From: Methylocella sp.
Lineage (GTDB): Bacteria > Pseudomonadota > Alphaproteobacteria > Rhizobiales > Beijerinckiaceae
Assembly (NCBI RefSeq): GCF_044226135.1
Contig: NZ_JBGAHM010000005.1
Coordinates: 66,327-130,326 of the forward strand
Direction: 5' to 3'
Length of the DNA stretch: 64,000 nucleotides
Shown: positions 47,118-57,768 of the stretch, piece after piece
Position numbering within the stretch: position 1 is the stretch's first letter
Layout: each line of letters opens with the position of its first letter
Notes under the pieces: model-generated
The model's input: only the letters and a program-made list of their open reading frames with translations
What the model was told of the DNA's origin: nothing
Databases searched by the model: none
Translations under genes and position numbers: made by a program

Positions 47118-48059
47118 TCAGGGGCGGTCAAGCGCCTTCGTGAGCTGCGGGGCGAGGTCGAACAGATCGCCGACGAGGCCGTAGTCGGCCGCCTGGAAAA
47201 TCGGCGCCTCCTCGTCCTTGTTGATCGCGACGATGACCTTCGAGTCCTTCATGCCGGCAAGATGCTGGATCGCGCCCGAAATGCCGACGGCGACATAAAG
47301 CTCGGGCGCGACGATCTTGCCGGTCTGGCCGACCTGAAGGTCGTTTGGCGCATAGCCCGCGTCGACCGCGGCCCGGCTCGCGCCGACCGCGGCGCCGAGC
47401 GCGTCGGCGAGCGGCAGGATGATTTCGTCGAAGCTCTCCTGCGAGCCGAGCGCGCGGCCGCCCGAGACGACGACGCGGGCCGCGCCGAGTTCGGGGCGCT
47501 CGCTTTTCGACAGCGTCTCGCCCAGAAAGCGCGCGCGGAACGTTCCGGGCGCAGCCTCGACCGTCTCGATCGGCGCCGGCGCGGCGGCTTCGGGCGCGGG
47601 CGCGAAGGCCGAGGCGCGCAGCGTGGCGACGAGCTTCGGCTCGGCCGAGCGCACCACCTCGATCGCCGCGCCGGCGTAGATCGGGCGCTCGAACATGTCG
47701 GGCGCGAGGATCTTCGTCGCTTCGGAGACCTGCGCCACGTCGAGCAGCGCGGCGACGCGCGGCAGCGCGCTCTTGCCGAGGCTCGTCGCCGGCGCGACGA
47801 TGGCGTCATAGGCGGGCGCGAGCGCAAGGATCAGCGCGGCGACCGGCTCCGACAGGCGATGCGCCAGCGCGGGGTCTTCGGCGAGCAGGATTTTGGCCGC
47901 GCCCGAGAGCCTGGCCGCGGCCTCCGCGGCCGGGCGGCAGGCCGCGCCGCAGACGAGGACATGAACCTCGCCGCCGAGCGCGCGCGCGCCGGCGAGCGCG
48001 CGGGCGGTCGCCTCGTTGAGGGCGGCGTCGTCATGGTCGGCGAGAAGAAGGGTCGTCAT
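47118..48059 (-). CDS. etfA: electron transfer flavoprotein alpha subunit
   Basis: [11 protein letters not shown] start. C-terminal FAD block [37 protein letters not shown]. The ORF-track N-extension is Arg-rich and overlaps etfB. Confidence 0.92.
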   Translation of the reverse strand: MTTLLLADHDDAALNEATARALAGARALGGEVHVLVCGAACRPAAEAAARLSGAAKILLAEDPALAHRLSEPVAALILALAPAYDAIVAPATSLGKSALPRVAALLDVAQVSEATKILAPDMFERPIYAGAAIEVVRSAEPKLVATLRASAFAPAPEAAAPAPIETVEAAPGTFRARFLGETLSKSERPELGAARVVVSGGRALGSQESFDEIILPLADALGAAVGASRAAVDAGYAPNDLQVGQTGKIVAPELYVAVGISGAIQHLAGMKDSKVIVAINKDEEAPIFQAADYGLVGDLFDLAPQLTKALDRP

Positions 48060-48088
48060 GCAAGTTTCTCCTGACGGCGGCGCGGGAC

Positions 48089-48838
48089 CTAGAGGACGGC
48101 GGCTTCGGTCTTGAGCTTCTCGACAAGCTCCGCGATCGAGGCGAGCTTCACGCCCGGCTTGCGCGGAGCGGGCTCGCGCACCTTGAGCACTTCGAGGCGC
48201 GGCGTCGCGTCGACGCCGAGCTGCGCCGGGGTCGTGACGTCGAGCGGCTTCTTCTTGGCCTTCATGATGTTCGGCAGGGAGGGATAGCGCGGCTCGTTGA
48301 GGCGCAGGTCGGTCGTGACCACCGCCGGCAGCGTCAGGGCGAGGGTCTGCGTGCCGCCGTCGATCTCGCGCTCGACCTCGGCCGTTTCGCCGGCGAGCGT
48401 GATTCTGGCGGCGAAGGTCGCCTGCGGCCAGCCGAGCAGGGCGGCGAGCATCTGGCCGGTCTGGCCGCAATCGTCGTCGATCGCCTGCTTGCCGAGAATG
48501 ACGAGGCCCGGCGCCTCGGCCGCGGCGACGGCGCGCAGCAGCTTGGCGACGGCGAGCGGCTCGACCGGGCCGTCATGCTCGACCAGAATGGCGCGGTCGG
48601 CGCCGCCGGCGAGCGCGGCGCGCAGCGTCTCCTGCGCTTTCGCCGGGCCGATCGAGACGGCGACGATCTCGCGCGCCTGGCCCGCCTCCTTGAGCCGCAG
48701 CGCGGCCTCGACGGCGATCTCGTCGAAGGGATTCATCGACATCTTGACGTTGGCGAGCTCGACGCCGGAGCCGTCCGGCCGGACCCGGACCTTCACATTG
48801 TAGTCGACGACGCGTTTGACGGGGACGAGGATCTTCAT
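48089..48838 (-). CDS. etfB: electron transfer flavoprotein beta subunit
   Basis: [38 protein letters not shown] and [21 protein letters not shown] EtfB signatures. Confidence 0.93.
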   Translation of the reverse strand: MKILVPVKRVVDYNVKVRVRPDGSGVELANVKMSMNPFDEIAVEAALRLKEAGQAREIVAVSIGPAKAQETLRAALAGGADRAILVEHDGPVEPLAVAKLLRAVAAAEAPGLVILGKQAIDDDCGQTGQMLAALLGWPQATFAARITLAGETAEVEREIDGGTQTLALTLPAVVTTDLRLNEPRYPSLPNIMKAKKKPLDVTTPAQLGVDATPRLEVLKVREPAPRKPGVKLASIAELVEKLKTEAAVL

Positions 48839-48873
48839 CGGGCGTGAACCTCAGGAAATTAAAGGGGGCGCGG

Positions 48874-50637
48874 TCAGAAGGCTTCGGCGTCGAGCGCGAC
48901 GATCGAGGGCGCGCCGGCCTCGATCATGCGTCCGAGCCCCAGGGCCTCGGGCAGCATGCGCGCGAAATAGAAGCGCGCGAGCGCGAGCTTGCGCCGCGCG
49001 TGCGGCGAGGCGGCCTCGCCCTGCGCCAGCGCATGGGCCGCCATGCGCAGCCACATCCAGCCGAAGGCGACGAGGGCGAGCAGGCGCAGATAGTCGGTCG
49101 CCGCGGCGCCGGTCTCGGCCGGGCTCGCGCCGGCCGAAAAGCGCGCCGTCGGCTTGGCGAGGATCGCCAGCGCCTCGCGCAGGTCCCGCACGAAGCCTTC
49201 CGCCCCCGGCTGCGCCTCGGCCGAAGCGCAGCTCGCCTCGACCAGCGCGACAAAGCGGCGGATCGGGCGCCCGCCCGCCTGCGGCAGCTTGCGGCCGACG
49301 AGGTCGGCGGCCTGGATCCCGTTCGTGCCCTCATAGATCTGGGCGATGCGCGCGTCGCGCACGAACTGCTCCTGGCCCCATTCGCGGATATAGCCGTGGC
49401 CGCCGAGCACCTGCTGGCCGAGCGTCGTCGCGCGGAAGCCGAAATCGGTGAAGGCCGCCTTGACCACCGGAGTCATCAGCGCGACGAGCTCGCCCGCCGC
49501 CTCGCGCGCCGCGGGGTCGGGGTCGGCGGTCTCCCGGTCCATCTCGAGCGCGGTCCACAGCGCGAGCGCGCGCCCGGCCTCGACGAAGGCGGCCATTTCG
49601 AGCAGCATCTTGCGCACGTCGGGATGCGCGATGATCGGCGAGGGGCCGGCGCCGTCCGGGCCGCGGCCCTGCAGGCGCTCCCTGGCGTAGAGGGAGGCCG
49701 TCTGATAGGAGGCGTCGGCGAGGCCAAGGCCCTGCACGCCGACGAACAGCCGCTCGGCGTTCATCATGGTGAACATGGCGGCGAGGCCGCGATTGGGCTC
49801 GCCGACGAGCCATCCCGTCGCGCCGTCATAGTTCATGACGCAGGTCGGCTGGGCGTGAATGCCCATCTTGCGCTCGAGCGCGCCGACATGCACCGCGTTG
49901 CGGGCCCCGAGCGATCCGTCGGGCTTTGGCAGGAATTTCGGCGCGAGGAACAGGCTCAGTCCCTTGACCCCGGCGGGCGCGTCGGGCGCCCGCGCGAGCA
50001 CCAGATGCACGACGTTCTCGGCGAGGTCATGGTCGCCCGACGAGATGAAGATCTTGCTTCCGGTGATCTTGTAGGAGCCGTCGGGCTGCGGCTCGGCGCG
50101 GGTCTTGAGCAGGCCGAGGTCGCTGCCGGCCTGGGCTTCGGTCAGGTCCATGGCGCCGGTCCAGACGCCCTCGACGAGTTTTGGCAGATAGGCCGCCTTG
50201 AGCGCGTCGGAGCCATGGCGCTCGAGCGCCTCGGCCGCGCCGCGGGTCAGGCCGCCGAACAGGCCGAAGGAGAGATTGGCGGCCGACAGCATCTCGTCGA
50301 CGAGGATCTGCAGGCTGCGCGGCAGGCCCTGCCCGCCATGGTCGGGCGAGGCCGAAAGGCCCGGCCAGCCGGCCGCGACGAAGGCCGCGTAGGCCTCGGG
50401 AAAGCCTTTGGGGGTGGTGACGGCGCCGTTCTCGAGCCGGCAGCCTTCCGCGTCGCCCGAGGCGTTGAGCGGGCGCGCGACCTCGGCGCAGAATTTGCCG
50501 GCCTCCTCGAGAATCTGCCGGGCGAGCGCGGCGTCGACGCCGCTGAAGGCGGGCAGCGCGGCCCATGCCGCCTCGGCCGCAAAAATCTCGTCGATGAGAT
50601 AGGTCATGTCCGCGACGGGCGGCGCATAGGCGGCCAT
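48874..50637 (-). CDS. long-type acyl-CoA dehydrogenase (paralog of 31281..33065)
   Basis: TEAQAGSDL, SGDHDL and IYEGTNGIQAADL. Collinear by eye with the 595-aa ACAD at 31.3 kb. Confidence 0.9.
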   Translation of the reverse strand: MAAYAPPVADMTYLIDEIFAAEAAWAALPAFSGVDAALARQILEEAGKFCAEVARPLNASGDAEGCRLENGAVTTPKGFPEAYAAFVAAGWPGLSASPDHGGQGLPRSLQILVDEMLSAANLSFGLFGGLTRGAAEALERHGSDALKAAYLPKLVEGVWTGAMDLTEAQAGSDLGLLKTRAEPQPDGSYKITGSKIFISSGDHDLAENVVHLVLARAPDAPAGVKGLSLFLAPKFLPKPDGSLGARNAVHVGALERKMGIHAQPTCVMNYDGATGWLVGEPNRGLAAMFTMMNAERLFVGVQGLGLADASYQTASLYARERLQGRGPDGAGPSPIIAHPDVRKMLLEMAAFVEAGRALALWTALEMDRETADPDPAAREAAGELVALMTPVVKAAFTDFGFRATTLGQQVLGGHGYIREWGQEQFVRDARIAQIYEGTNGIQAADLVGRKLPQAGGRPIRRFVALVEASCASAEAQPGAEGFVRDLREALAILAKPTARFSAGASPAETGAAATDYLRLLALVAFGWMWLRMAAHALAQGEAASPHARRKLALARFYFARMLPEALGLGRMIEAGAPSIVALDAEAF

Positions 50638-50955
50638 GGGCGTTCCTTCCGATGTTGGCTTCGTTCGCCGATTCTGGTCCCGCCCGACTTTCGTCCCGCG
50701 GCGGGGCGCGGCCAGGCGCAGCGCCGGTCCGTCGAAGGGCGACGCCGCTCGGGCGGTCGTTTGTTTTAACCAAGCGACTGTTTGATAACGTAGTGCGCAA
50801 GCACGGTCAATGGCTTGCGTCTAGTTCTCTGGTCGCAGACGGGGGCGGCGTCCGCGCCACCGGCGCTTTGCAAAGTCGCGTCCCATATTTTATGGATTGA
50901 ATATGTTGAGGACTGAGCCGGCGTCCCGGACTTTGGGCGAGCGTTGGGAGAGGCC

Positions 50956-51405
50956 ATGAAGGCTGAGGGGGGGCGCCCCTCGCCCCTGCCCGAAGAAACG
51001 GCGCATGCGGCGGGGTTCAGGCAGGCGCGGCGCGCACGGCGCAGCGAGCTCGTCGAGGATTATGTCGAACTCATCGCCGATCTCGTCGCCGGCGTCGGCG
51101 AGGCGCGGCAGGTCGACATCGCCGCCCGCCTCGGCGTGGCGCAGCCGACCGTCGCGAAAATGCTCGTTCGCCTGCAGCACGACGGCTACATCAGGCGCGA
51201 GCCCTATCGCGGCGCCTTCCTGACGCCGAAGGGCGAGGCCCTCGCCACCCGAAGCCGGCTGCGCCATGCGCTCGTCGAGCGCCTGCTGATCCGTCTCGGC
51301 GTGAACCCGCAGACCGCGCGCCGCGACGCCGAAGGCATGGAGCATTACGTGAGCCCCGAGACGCTCGACGCGTTCCGCGCCTTCCTCGGCGAGCCCGACG
51401 GCTGA
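50956..51405 (+). CDS. mntR: DtxR/MntR-family metal-dependent transcriptional regulator
   Basis: [42 protein letters not shown] winged HTH followed by a dimerisation helix. ATG 50956 with GGGAGAGG upstream. Confidence 0.8.
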   Translation: MKAEGGRPSPLPEETAHAAGFRQARRARRSELVEDYVELIADLVAGVGEARQVDIAARLGVAQPTVAKMLVRLQHDGYIRREPYRGAFLTPKGEALATRSRLRHALVERLLIRLGVNPQTARRDAEGMEHYVSPETLDAFRAFLGEPDG

Positions 51406-51502
51406 GGCGCGTCGGCGACGCCGGTTCTTCAGACCGGGCCCGCTTGTGGGAGGGCGGACGGCGCAGGAGACGGCGCAGGAGACGTTGCAGGAGAAGACGC
51501 CG

Positions 51503-51667
51503 ATGAAGACCGCCATCTTCAGATCCGCCCGCGCCGTGCTCGCCTGCGCCGGTCTCGTTCTTGGCGCAGCCTCGCCGCTCGCGGGTTGCGCCGCGAGCTA
51601 TCATCCCTATGGCTGGCCGGCGGGCGCTCCCGCCGGGCCGTCGCTGGCGCCGCAGCCGGCGCGCTGA
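51503..51667 (+). CDS. possible small lipoprotein
   Basis: MKTAIFRSARAVLACAGLVLGAASPLAGC has a lipobox (LAGC). Only 54 aa, with no other support. Confidence 0.3.
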   Translation: MKTAIFRSARAVLACAGLVLGAASPLAGCAASYHPYGWPAGAPAGPSLAPQPAR

Positions 51668-51907
51668 GGCGGCCGGCGCTCTCGGCGCGACGGCGACGGC
51701 GGCGGGTTTTTCGCCGCTTCGCCCGACGCCCGGGACGCGGCCGGGCGCGCGCGGAAAGAGGCGGCGGGCGGCCTCTTGGCGGCGCGCCCCGACCGGCGTA
51801 ACGTCCGGCGCCTGTCTCGCCAGCGCCCCGCCGGCTTTCGCGGAAACCGACATGCTCCGGCCAAACACCGCCCGCATCGACGCCCCGCGCCCGCCCGCAC
51901 GGCGGCG

Positions 51908-53986
51908 ATGACGCTGCCCGGCGCGCGCGAATGGATCTTCGCGCTGAAAACCCTCGCGGCCGGCCTCGCCGCGCTCTATGTCTCGATGTGGGCGGGGCTC
52001 GAGCGCCCTTACTGGGCGCTCGCCACCGTCTATATCTCGAGCGGCGCGCTCGCCGGGGCGACGCGCTCCAAGGCCGTCTACCGCTTCATCGGCACGCTCG
52101 TCGGCGCGGCGGCGGCGGTGGCGCTGACGCCGGCGCTCGTCAACGCGCCCGAGCTGCTCTCGCTCGCCATCGGGCTGTGGGTCGCGCTCTGCCTCTATCT
52201 CTCCATGCTCGACCGGTCGGCGCGGGCCTATGCGCCGATGCTCGCCGGCTACACCGTGGCGCTCATCGGCTTTCCCGCGGTCGACACGCCCGGCGCGATC
52301 TTCGACGTCGCCGTCTCCCGCGCCGAAGAAATTGGCGTCGGCGTGCTCTGCGCGGCGCTGGCCTCGGGCACGATCCTGCCGCAATCGGCAGTCCCGGCGG
52401 TCGTCGCGCGCGTCGAGGACTGGATCGGACGGGCGCGGCGCTGGGCGCTCGACGCGCTGCGGCGCGCGCCGACCCCGCTCGACGACGAGGCCGAGCGGCT
52501 GCGCCTTGCGGCCGACGCCATCGCGCTCGACGCCTTCGCCGCGCCGCTGCGCCATGAGCCCTGGGGCGGGCGCGGCCTCGCCCGGGCGCTCGCCGCGCTG
52601 CGCCAGCACATGCTGATGTTCCTGCCCATCGCCGCCTCGATCTCCGACCGCGCGGAGGCGCTGTCGCGCGCCGGCGCGCTCGGGAACGCCGGCCCGGCCA
52701 TGAGCGAGATGTCGGACTGGCTGGCGTCCGGATCGACCGCCGAGGCGCATGCGCGCGCCCTGCGCGACAAGCTCGGCGCGCTCGCGCCGCGGTTCGGCGC
52801 GCCGGGCCATGCGCCGCCGGACTGGCGCGACCTGATGCGGGCGGGGCTCGTCCAGCGGCTTCAGAACTTCATCGACCTGCGCCAGGATTCGCGCCGGCTG
52901 CTGCGCCAGATCGCCGCCCATGCGCCGGACGCGCCGGCGGGCCTCGCCTTCTCCTATACGGCGAGGGCGCGCGCCGTTCGGCACCGCGACCATGGCATGG
53001 CGCTGCTCTCGGGCCTCAGCGCCTCGTTCGCCGTCGGCCTGGGCGCGCCCATGTTGCGCGCTTCGCTCGTCGCCGTCCTGATCTCCTGCGCGGTGTGGAT
53101 CGCGCTCGCCTGGCCCGGCGGGTCGGCCACGCCCATGTTCGCGGCCGTCGCCTCATGCCTGTTCGCGGCGCAGGACGATCCGGCGCCGACCATCCTCGGC
53201 TTCGCCGGCGCCTCGCTCATCGGCGTCGTCGGCGCGGGCGTCGTCCTGTTCGGACTTCTGCCCCATGCGACCAATTTCGAGATGGTGGCGCTTGCGCTCG
53301 CGCCGGGCCTCCTCGCCAGCGGGCTCCTGCTGGCCTTGCCGCGCACGGCGGCGATCGGCGCCGGCGCGAGCGTGACGGGGACGAGCGCGCTCGCCATCCA
53401 GAACGCCTATGGGGCCGAGCTTCCGGACTTCGTCCAGTCGAGCGTGGCGCTCATCGCCGGCGCCTGGATCGCCGCCTTCGCGACCAGCCTCGTGCGGTCG
53501 GTCGGCGCGGGCTTTTCCGCCGAACGCCTGCGCCGCGTCAACCGCCGCAGCCTCGTCGCGGCGGCGCAGGGGCGCGGCGGCGAGAGCGGGCTCGAACTTG
53601 CGGCCCTCATGCTCGACCGCCTGGGGCTGCTCGCGCCGCGCCTCGCCGCCCTGCCGCGCGAGGACGTCGCGGGCGCCGGCGAACTGCTCAAGGAGGTGCG
53701 CGTCGGCATCAACGTCGTGGAGCTGCGCCGTGTGCGCCGCCAGCTTCCGGCGCGGGGGCGCGAGGCCGTCAACGCCGCGCTCGCCGGCGTCGCGCGTCAT
53801 TTCCGCGGGCGCGACGACGCCGCCCCGCCCGAGCTTCTGGGGCGCATCGACGCCGCGCTCGACGCGGTCGCGCCCGGCGCCGGGAGCGCGGCCGCGGACG
53901 CGGCGCTCCTTGGCCTCGCCGGCCTGCGCCTCGCGCTGTTTCCAGACGCGCCGGACTGGCGCGTGTCCGAAGGGGGCGCGGCGTGA
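51908..53986 (+). CDS. FUSC/AaeB-family efflux membrane protein
   Basis: WIFALKTLAAGLAALYVSMW.ERPYWALATVYI N-terminal FUSC motif. Duplicated TM bundles are separated by a soluble domain. Confidence 0.82.
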   Translation: MTLPGAREWIFALKTLAAGLAALYVSMWAGLERPYWALATVYISSGALAGATRSKAVYRFIGTLVGAAAAVALTPALVNAPELLSLAIGLWVALCLYLSMLDRSARAYAPMLAGYTVALIGFPAVDTPGAIFDVAVSRAEEIGVGVLCAALASGTILPQSAVPAVVARVEDWIGRARRWALDALRRAPTPLDDEAERLRLAADAIALDAFAAPLRHEPWGGRGLARALAALRQHMLMFLPIAASISDRAEALSRAGALGNAGPAMSEMSDWLASGSTAEAHARALRDKLGALAPRFGAPGHAPPDWRDLMRAGLVQRLQNFIDLRQDSRRLLRQIAAHAPDAPAGLAFSYTARARAVRHRDHGMALLSGLSASFAVGLGAPMLRASLVAVLISCAVWIALAWPGGSATPMFAAVASCLFAAQDDPAPTILGFAGASLIGVVGAGVVLFGLLPHATNFEMVALALAPGLLASGLLLALPRTAAIGAGASVTGTSALAIQNAYGAELPDFVQSSVALIAGAWIAAFATSLVRSVGAGFSAERLRRVNRRSLVAAAQGRGGESGLELAALMLDRLGLLAPRLAALPREDVAGAGELLKEVRVGINVVELRRVRRQLPARGREAVNAALAGVARHFRGRDDAAPPELLGRIDAALDAVAPGAGSAAADAALLGLAGLRLALFPDAPDWRVSEGGAA

Positions 53987-54192
53987 GCGAGGACCTGAAC
54001 GTCTATGGCGTGTTCGTCCCCGCGCTGGCGCTGTGGATGCTGCTCGCCTTTCTCGCGAGCGCGCTCGTCAAGGCGGGGCTCGCCCGCCTCGGCTTCTATC
54101 GCTTCGTGTGGCGCCGGCCCCTGTTCGATCTCTCGCTTTACGTCCTCATTCTCGCGGCCGTGGTCTTTCTTGCGCGCAGGGTCTCCTCATGA
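53983..54192 (+). CDS. DUF1656/AaeX-like small membrane protein
   Basis: 69 aa with two TM helices (VYGVFVPALALWMLLAFLAS; LSLYVLILAAVVFL). GTGA overlap with the FUSC stop and ATGA overlap with the next gene. Confidence 0.6.
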   Translation: MSEDLNVYGVFVPALALWMLLAFLASALVKAGLARLGFYRFVWRRPLFDLSLYVLILAAVVFLARRVSS

Positions 54193-55085
54193 ACGCCGCC
54201 GTCGGCTCTTTTCTGCTTCGTTTCGCGGTCACCGCCGCAGCCGTCGCCGTGGCCGGCGTCGCGGGCGTCGCGCTGTGGGGCTATTACGTCGAGGCGCCCT
54301 GGACGCGCGACGGACGGGTCCGCGCCGACGTCGTGGCCGTCGCGCCCGACGTCTCCGGCCTCGTCTCCGAGGTGCTCGTCTCCGACAATCAGGGCGTCAG
54401 GCGCGGCGACGTGCTGTTTCGCATCGATCCCGAGCGCTTCGGCCTCGCGCTGCGTCAGGCGGAGGCGGAGTTCGCCGGGCGGCAGGCGTCCTATGAGCAG
54501 GCGGCGGCCGACTATGACCGCTACGCCAAGCTCTCCGACGCCGCCGTCACGCAGCAGAAGCTCGAGGCGGCGCGGGCGTCGAAGCTCACGGCGCAGGCCG
54601 CGCTCGACCGCGCGGCGGCCGACAGAGACCTGGCGAAGCTCAATCTCGAACGCGCCAGCGTGCGCGCGCCGGTCAACGGCCATGTCGCCAACATGGGCCT
54701 CCTGCCCGGCGCCTATGTCGCGGCCGGCCATGGCGTGTTCGCGCTGATCGACGCCGACAGCCTGCGCGTCGAAGGCTATTTCGAGGAGACCAAGCTCGCG
54801 CGCATCCATGTCGGCGACCGCGTCGAGGTGCGGCTGATGGGCGACGACGCCGTGCTGACCGGCCGCGTCGAAAGCGTCGCCGGCGGCGTCGAGGACCGCG
54901 AGCGTTCGGCCGGCGCCAATCTCCTCGCCAACGTCAACCCGACCTTCGCCTGGGTGCGGCTCGCCCAGCGCGTGCCGGTGCGCGTCGCGCTCGACGCGGA
55001 CGCCGACCGCGCCAAGCTCGTCGTCGGGCGCACGGCGACCGTCTCGGTGCTCGGGCCGGCGAAGGCCGCCGCGCCGCCGCGCTGA
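54189..55085 (+). CDS. HlyD/AaeA-family periplasmic adaptor
   Basis: N-terminal TM, TRDGRVRADVVAVAPDVSGLV..V.DNQ.VRRGDVLFRIDP lipoyl-like motif, coiled coil and a beta-barrel tail. Confidence 0.85.
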   Translation: MNAAVGSFLLRFAVTAAAVAVAGVAGVALWGYYVEAPWTRDGRVRADVVAVAPDVSGLVSEVLVSDNQGVRRGDVLFRIDPERFGLALRQAEAEFAGRQASYEQAAADYDRYAKLSDAAVTQQKLEAARASKLTAQAALDRAAADRDLAKLNLERASVRAPVNGHVANMGLLPGAYVAAGHGVFALIDADSLRVEGYFEETKLARIHVGDRVEVRLMGDDAVLTGRVESVAGGVEDRERSAGANLLANVNPTFAWVRLAQRVPVRVALDADADRAKLVVGRTATVSVLGPAKAAAPPR

Positions 55086-55113
55086 GGCCGGCGCTCGGGC
55101 CTGCGTGTCGCGA

Positions 55114-56769
55114 TTACGCCTCGGGATGGAGAAAGGCGTGCACGGCGTGGATCGCCGCCGCGCCTTCGCCGACCGCCGAGGCGACGCGCTTGGTCGAGCC
55201 CGAGCGCACGTCGCCGACCGCGAAGACGCCGGGGCGCGAGGCGGCGTAGGGCGCGTCGGTCGCGCCGCATCGCGCCTGCGCGCCGGTCAGGACGAAGCCC
55301 TTGTCGTCGAGCGCGAGGCAGCCGCCGAGCCAGTCCGTGTTCGGCTCCGCGCCGATCATGACGAACAGCGCGCCGATCTCGCGCGTCTCCATCGCGCCCG
55401 TCGACCGGTTCGCCCAGGTCGCCGCGCGCAGGCGCTCGTCGCCATGCAGGGCGACGATCTCGCTATGCGCATGGAGCGTGACGCGGGGCGAGGCGGCGAT
55501 GCGGCGCACAAGATAGTCCGACATGGTGGCGGCGAGGTCGGGGCGGCGCACGACGATATGCACGTGGCGGGCGACGCCCGAAAGGAACATCGCCGCCTGT
55601 CCCGCCGAATTGCCGCCGCCGACGACGACGGCCTCGAGCCCGGCGCACAGCTGGCCCTCCATCGGCGTCGCCGCATATTCGACGCCGGCGCCCTCGAATT
55701 TTTCATAATTCTCGAGGTCGAGCCGGCGGTAGCGCGCCCCGGTCGCGACCACGACCGCGCGGGCGCGCACGTTTTCGCCGCTCTCGAGGGCGAGCGCGAA
55801 GGGCGCGCCCGAACAGTCGAGCCCGCCGACGCCGCGCGCCACCGCAAGATGCGCGCCGAATTTCTGCGCCTGGATCTGCGCCCGACCGGCGAGCGCCTGG
55901 CCCGAGACGCCGGTCGGGAAGCCGAGATAGTTCTCGATGCGCGAGGACGTGCCGGCCTGGCCGCCCGGCGCGAGGGTTTCGAGCACGATCGTCTTCAGCC
56001 CCTCGGAGGCGGCGTAGACGGCGGCGGCGAGGCCGGCCGGCCCCGCGCCGACGACGGCGACGTCATAGACGGCGTGCGGATCGAGCGGCTCGGTGAGGCC
56101 GAGGCTGTCGGCGAGCGCCGCGGTCGTGGGATTGGCGAGCGTGACGCCTGCGGGCGCGACCACCGCCGGCAGCGCGTCGGCTTTAAAGCCGAGCCGCGCC
56201 GCGAGCGCCGCGCCGTCGGGCGCCTCGACGTCGAGCGCCTGGAACGGATAGGCGTTGCGGGTGAGGAAGCGTTGCAGGCGGATCATGTCGGCGCTGTCGC
56301 GCCGGCCGACGAGGGTCACGCCGCCCGCGCCGCGGCGGATGAAGCCCACGCGGCGCAGGATGAAAGCGCGCAGAAGCGTTTCGGCGAGCTCCGCCTCGCA
56401 CGCGAGAAGCCGCCTGAAGTCGGCGCTGCGCACCCGCACGAGCTTCGCGCCGGCGCCGGCCCGCGCGGCGGCGATCATCGCGCGGTCGTTGAGGAGGTTG
56501 AGTTCGCCGGTGAACTGCCCGGGCCCGAAGGCCACGAACGGCGTCTCCCCGCCGCACAGGTCGCTGACCAGAATTTCCACCTCGCCGTCGAGCACGAGGA
56601 AGAAATCGACGTTGCGGTCGCCGCGCCTGAACAGCCAGCCCGACGTGTCGAAGCTTTCGACCACGCCATAGGGAACGATGCGCGCCACGTCGTCAGGCGT
56701 GAGAATCGGATAGGTCTGCGCCTTGCGCGCGGCGGGGTCGGCGGGGTCGAGGACGGGTTCATGCGTCAT
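55114..56769 (-). CDS. cyclic-nucleotide-binding domain fused to a TrxR-like FAD/NAD(P) oxidoreductase lacking the CxxC
   Basis: cNMP domain (FRRGDRNVDFFLVLDGEVEI...FGPGQFTGELNLL). VAVVGAGPAGLAAAVYAASEG and [15 protein letters not shown]. The CATC position reads YAATPMEG. Start at ATG 56769 with AAGGAG upstream. Confidence 0.8.
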   Translation of the reverse strand: MTHEPVLDPADPAARKAQTYPILTPDDVARIVPYGVVESFDTSGWLFRRGDRNVDFFLVLDGEVEILVSDLCGGETPFVAFGPGQFTGELNLLNDRAMIAAARAGAGAKLVRVRSADFRRLLACEAELAETLLRAFILRRVGFIRRGAGGVTLVGRRDSADMIRLQRFLTRNAYPFQALDVEAPDGAALAARLGFKADALPAVVAPAGVTLANPTTAALADSLGLTEPLDPHAVYDVAVVGAGPAGLAAAVYAASEGLKTIVLETLAPGGQAGTSSRIENYLGFPTGVSGQALAGRAQIQAQKFGAHLAVARGVGGLDCSGAPFALALESGENVRARAVVVATGARYRRLDLENYEKFEGAGVEYAATPMEGQLCAGLEAVVVGGGNSAGQAAMFLSGVARHVHIVVRRPDLAATMSDYLVRRIAASPRVTLHAHSEIVALHGDERLRAATWANRSTGAMETREIGALFVMIGAEPNTDWLGGCLALDDKGFVLTGAQARCGATDAPYAASRPGVFAVGDVRSGSTKRVASAVGEGAAAIHAVHAFLHPEA

Positions 56770-56855
56770 TGGGCGCTCCTTGGGCATCGATCTCGCCGGC
56801 GTCGCGGCGCGCCGCCGGCGTCATTTTCGCACGCCCCGCGCGGCCGTGGAAGGCG

Positions 56856-57101
56856 TCAGTCCGCGAAGTCGCCGGGGCCTTCGGGGCGGGCCGAGGAGGC
56901 GCCGAGGCCTTCGCGGCCGCGCGTGCCCGACCGGTCGTAGCTGGCATGGTCGGCGTGCTCATTGTTGACGGCGTGCGTCGACATCGTCTGCATCTTGCTT
57001 TCGGTCATGTAGTCCTGGGCGAAGGCGACCGTCGCCGAGAAGGACAGGATCGCGAAGGTCGAGGCGGCGGCGAAACGGACAAGACGGGCGTTGGCGGACA
57101 T
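56856..57101 (-). CDS. small secreted protein
   Basis: Signal-like FAAASTFAILSFSATVAFAQ. 81 aa, no family recognised. Confidence 0.35.
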   Translation of the reverse strand: MSANARLVRFAAASTFAILSFSATVAFAQDYMTESKMQTMSTHAVNNEHADHASYDRSGTRGREGLGASSARPEGPGDFAD

Positions 57102-57219
57102 GAGATTTCCCCTTTGCTCCGGCGCCGCCGGAGTGCCGGGCGGCGCGTGTTGCGATGGGGTTAGAAAGCCACAGGCGCGGCCTGCGCGAAATTATACATG
57201 GGTATGCCGCGCTGATACT

Positions 57220-57657
57220 TTAGACGCCTTCGTCCGCGAGCGCCGCGCGCAGCGCCTTCGCCCGCCTGTTGAGCGCGCCGAGTTCGGCGGCCGACATTCC
57301 CGAGCGCGCGAGCAGCGTTTCGCCGAGGCGGCCGCAGCGCTCGCGCATGGCGCGCCCGCGCGCGGTGAGCCTGATCTTCACCTCGCGCTCGTCGTCGGGG
57401 TTGCGCGCGCGCGCGACGAGGCCCGACGCCTCGAGCCGCTTCAACAGCGGCGTCACCGTGCTCGACTCAAGAAACAGGCGCCGCGCGATCGCCCCGACGG
57501 CGCGTCCGTCCTGCTCCCACAGCGCGTGCAGGACAAGATATTGCGGGTAGGTCAGCCCGAAACGGTCGAGCAGCGGCTTGTAGACGCGGGTGACCGCCAT
57601 GCTCGCCGCATAGAGCGAGAAGCACAGCTGGCTGTCGAGAGGTGGGGCGGCGGGCAC
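57220..57657 (-). CDS. ohrR: MarR-family regulator of the OhrR type
   Basis: LDSQLCFSLYAAS (sensing Cys in the QLCF context). YPQYLVLHALWE..., winged HTH and RLEASGLV. Confidence 0.75.
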   Translation of the reverse strand: MPAAPPLDSQLCFSLYAASMAVTRVYKPLLDRFGLTYPQYLVLHALWEQDGRAVGAIARRLFLESSTVTPLLKRLEASGLVARARNPDDEREVKIRLTARGRAMRERCGRLGETLLARSGMSAAELGALNRRAKALRAALADEGV

Positions 57658-57673
57658 GGCGAAGGCTCCTGTT

Positions 57674-57768
57674 CGCGCAGGTCGATATCATGAAAAAGAA
57701 TATCGCGATAATCAATCCTGCGGACAGGACGCCGTCGCGGGAACGCGAAGATATATGTCGCGATAATC
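57674..57768. promoter_or_regulatory. AT-rich operator-like repeats upstream of ohrR
   Basis: GATATcatgaaaaagaATATC. The 14-nt direct repeat tcgcgataatcaat occurs at 57693..57706 and 57748..57761. Inverted repeat TCGCGATAatcaaTATCGCGA at 57748..57768. Confidence 0.5.

Noticed and set aside
45239-56940. Long opposite-strand ORFs 45239..47059, 48844..50769, 51191..52993 and 55105..56940
   Set aside because: Each lies antisense to a gene with clear family signatures (ACS, ACAD, FUSC, cNMP-TrxR-like) and has Arg/Gly/Ala/Asp-biased composition.
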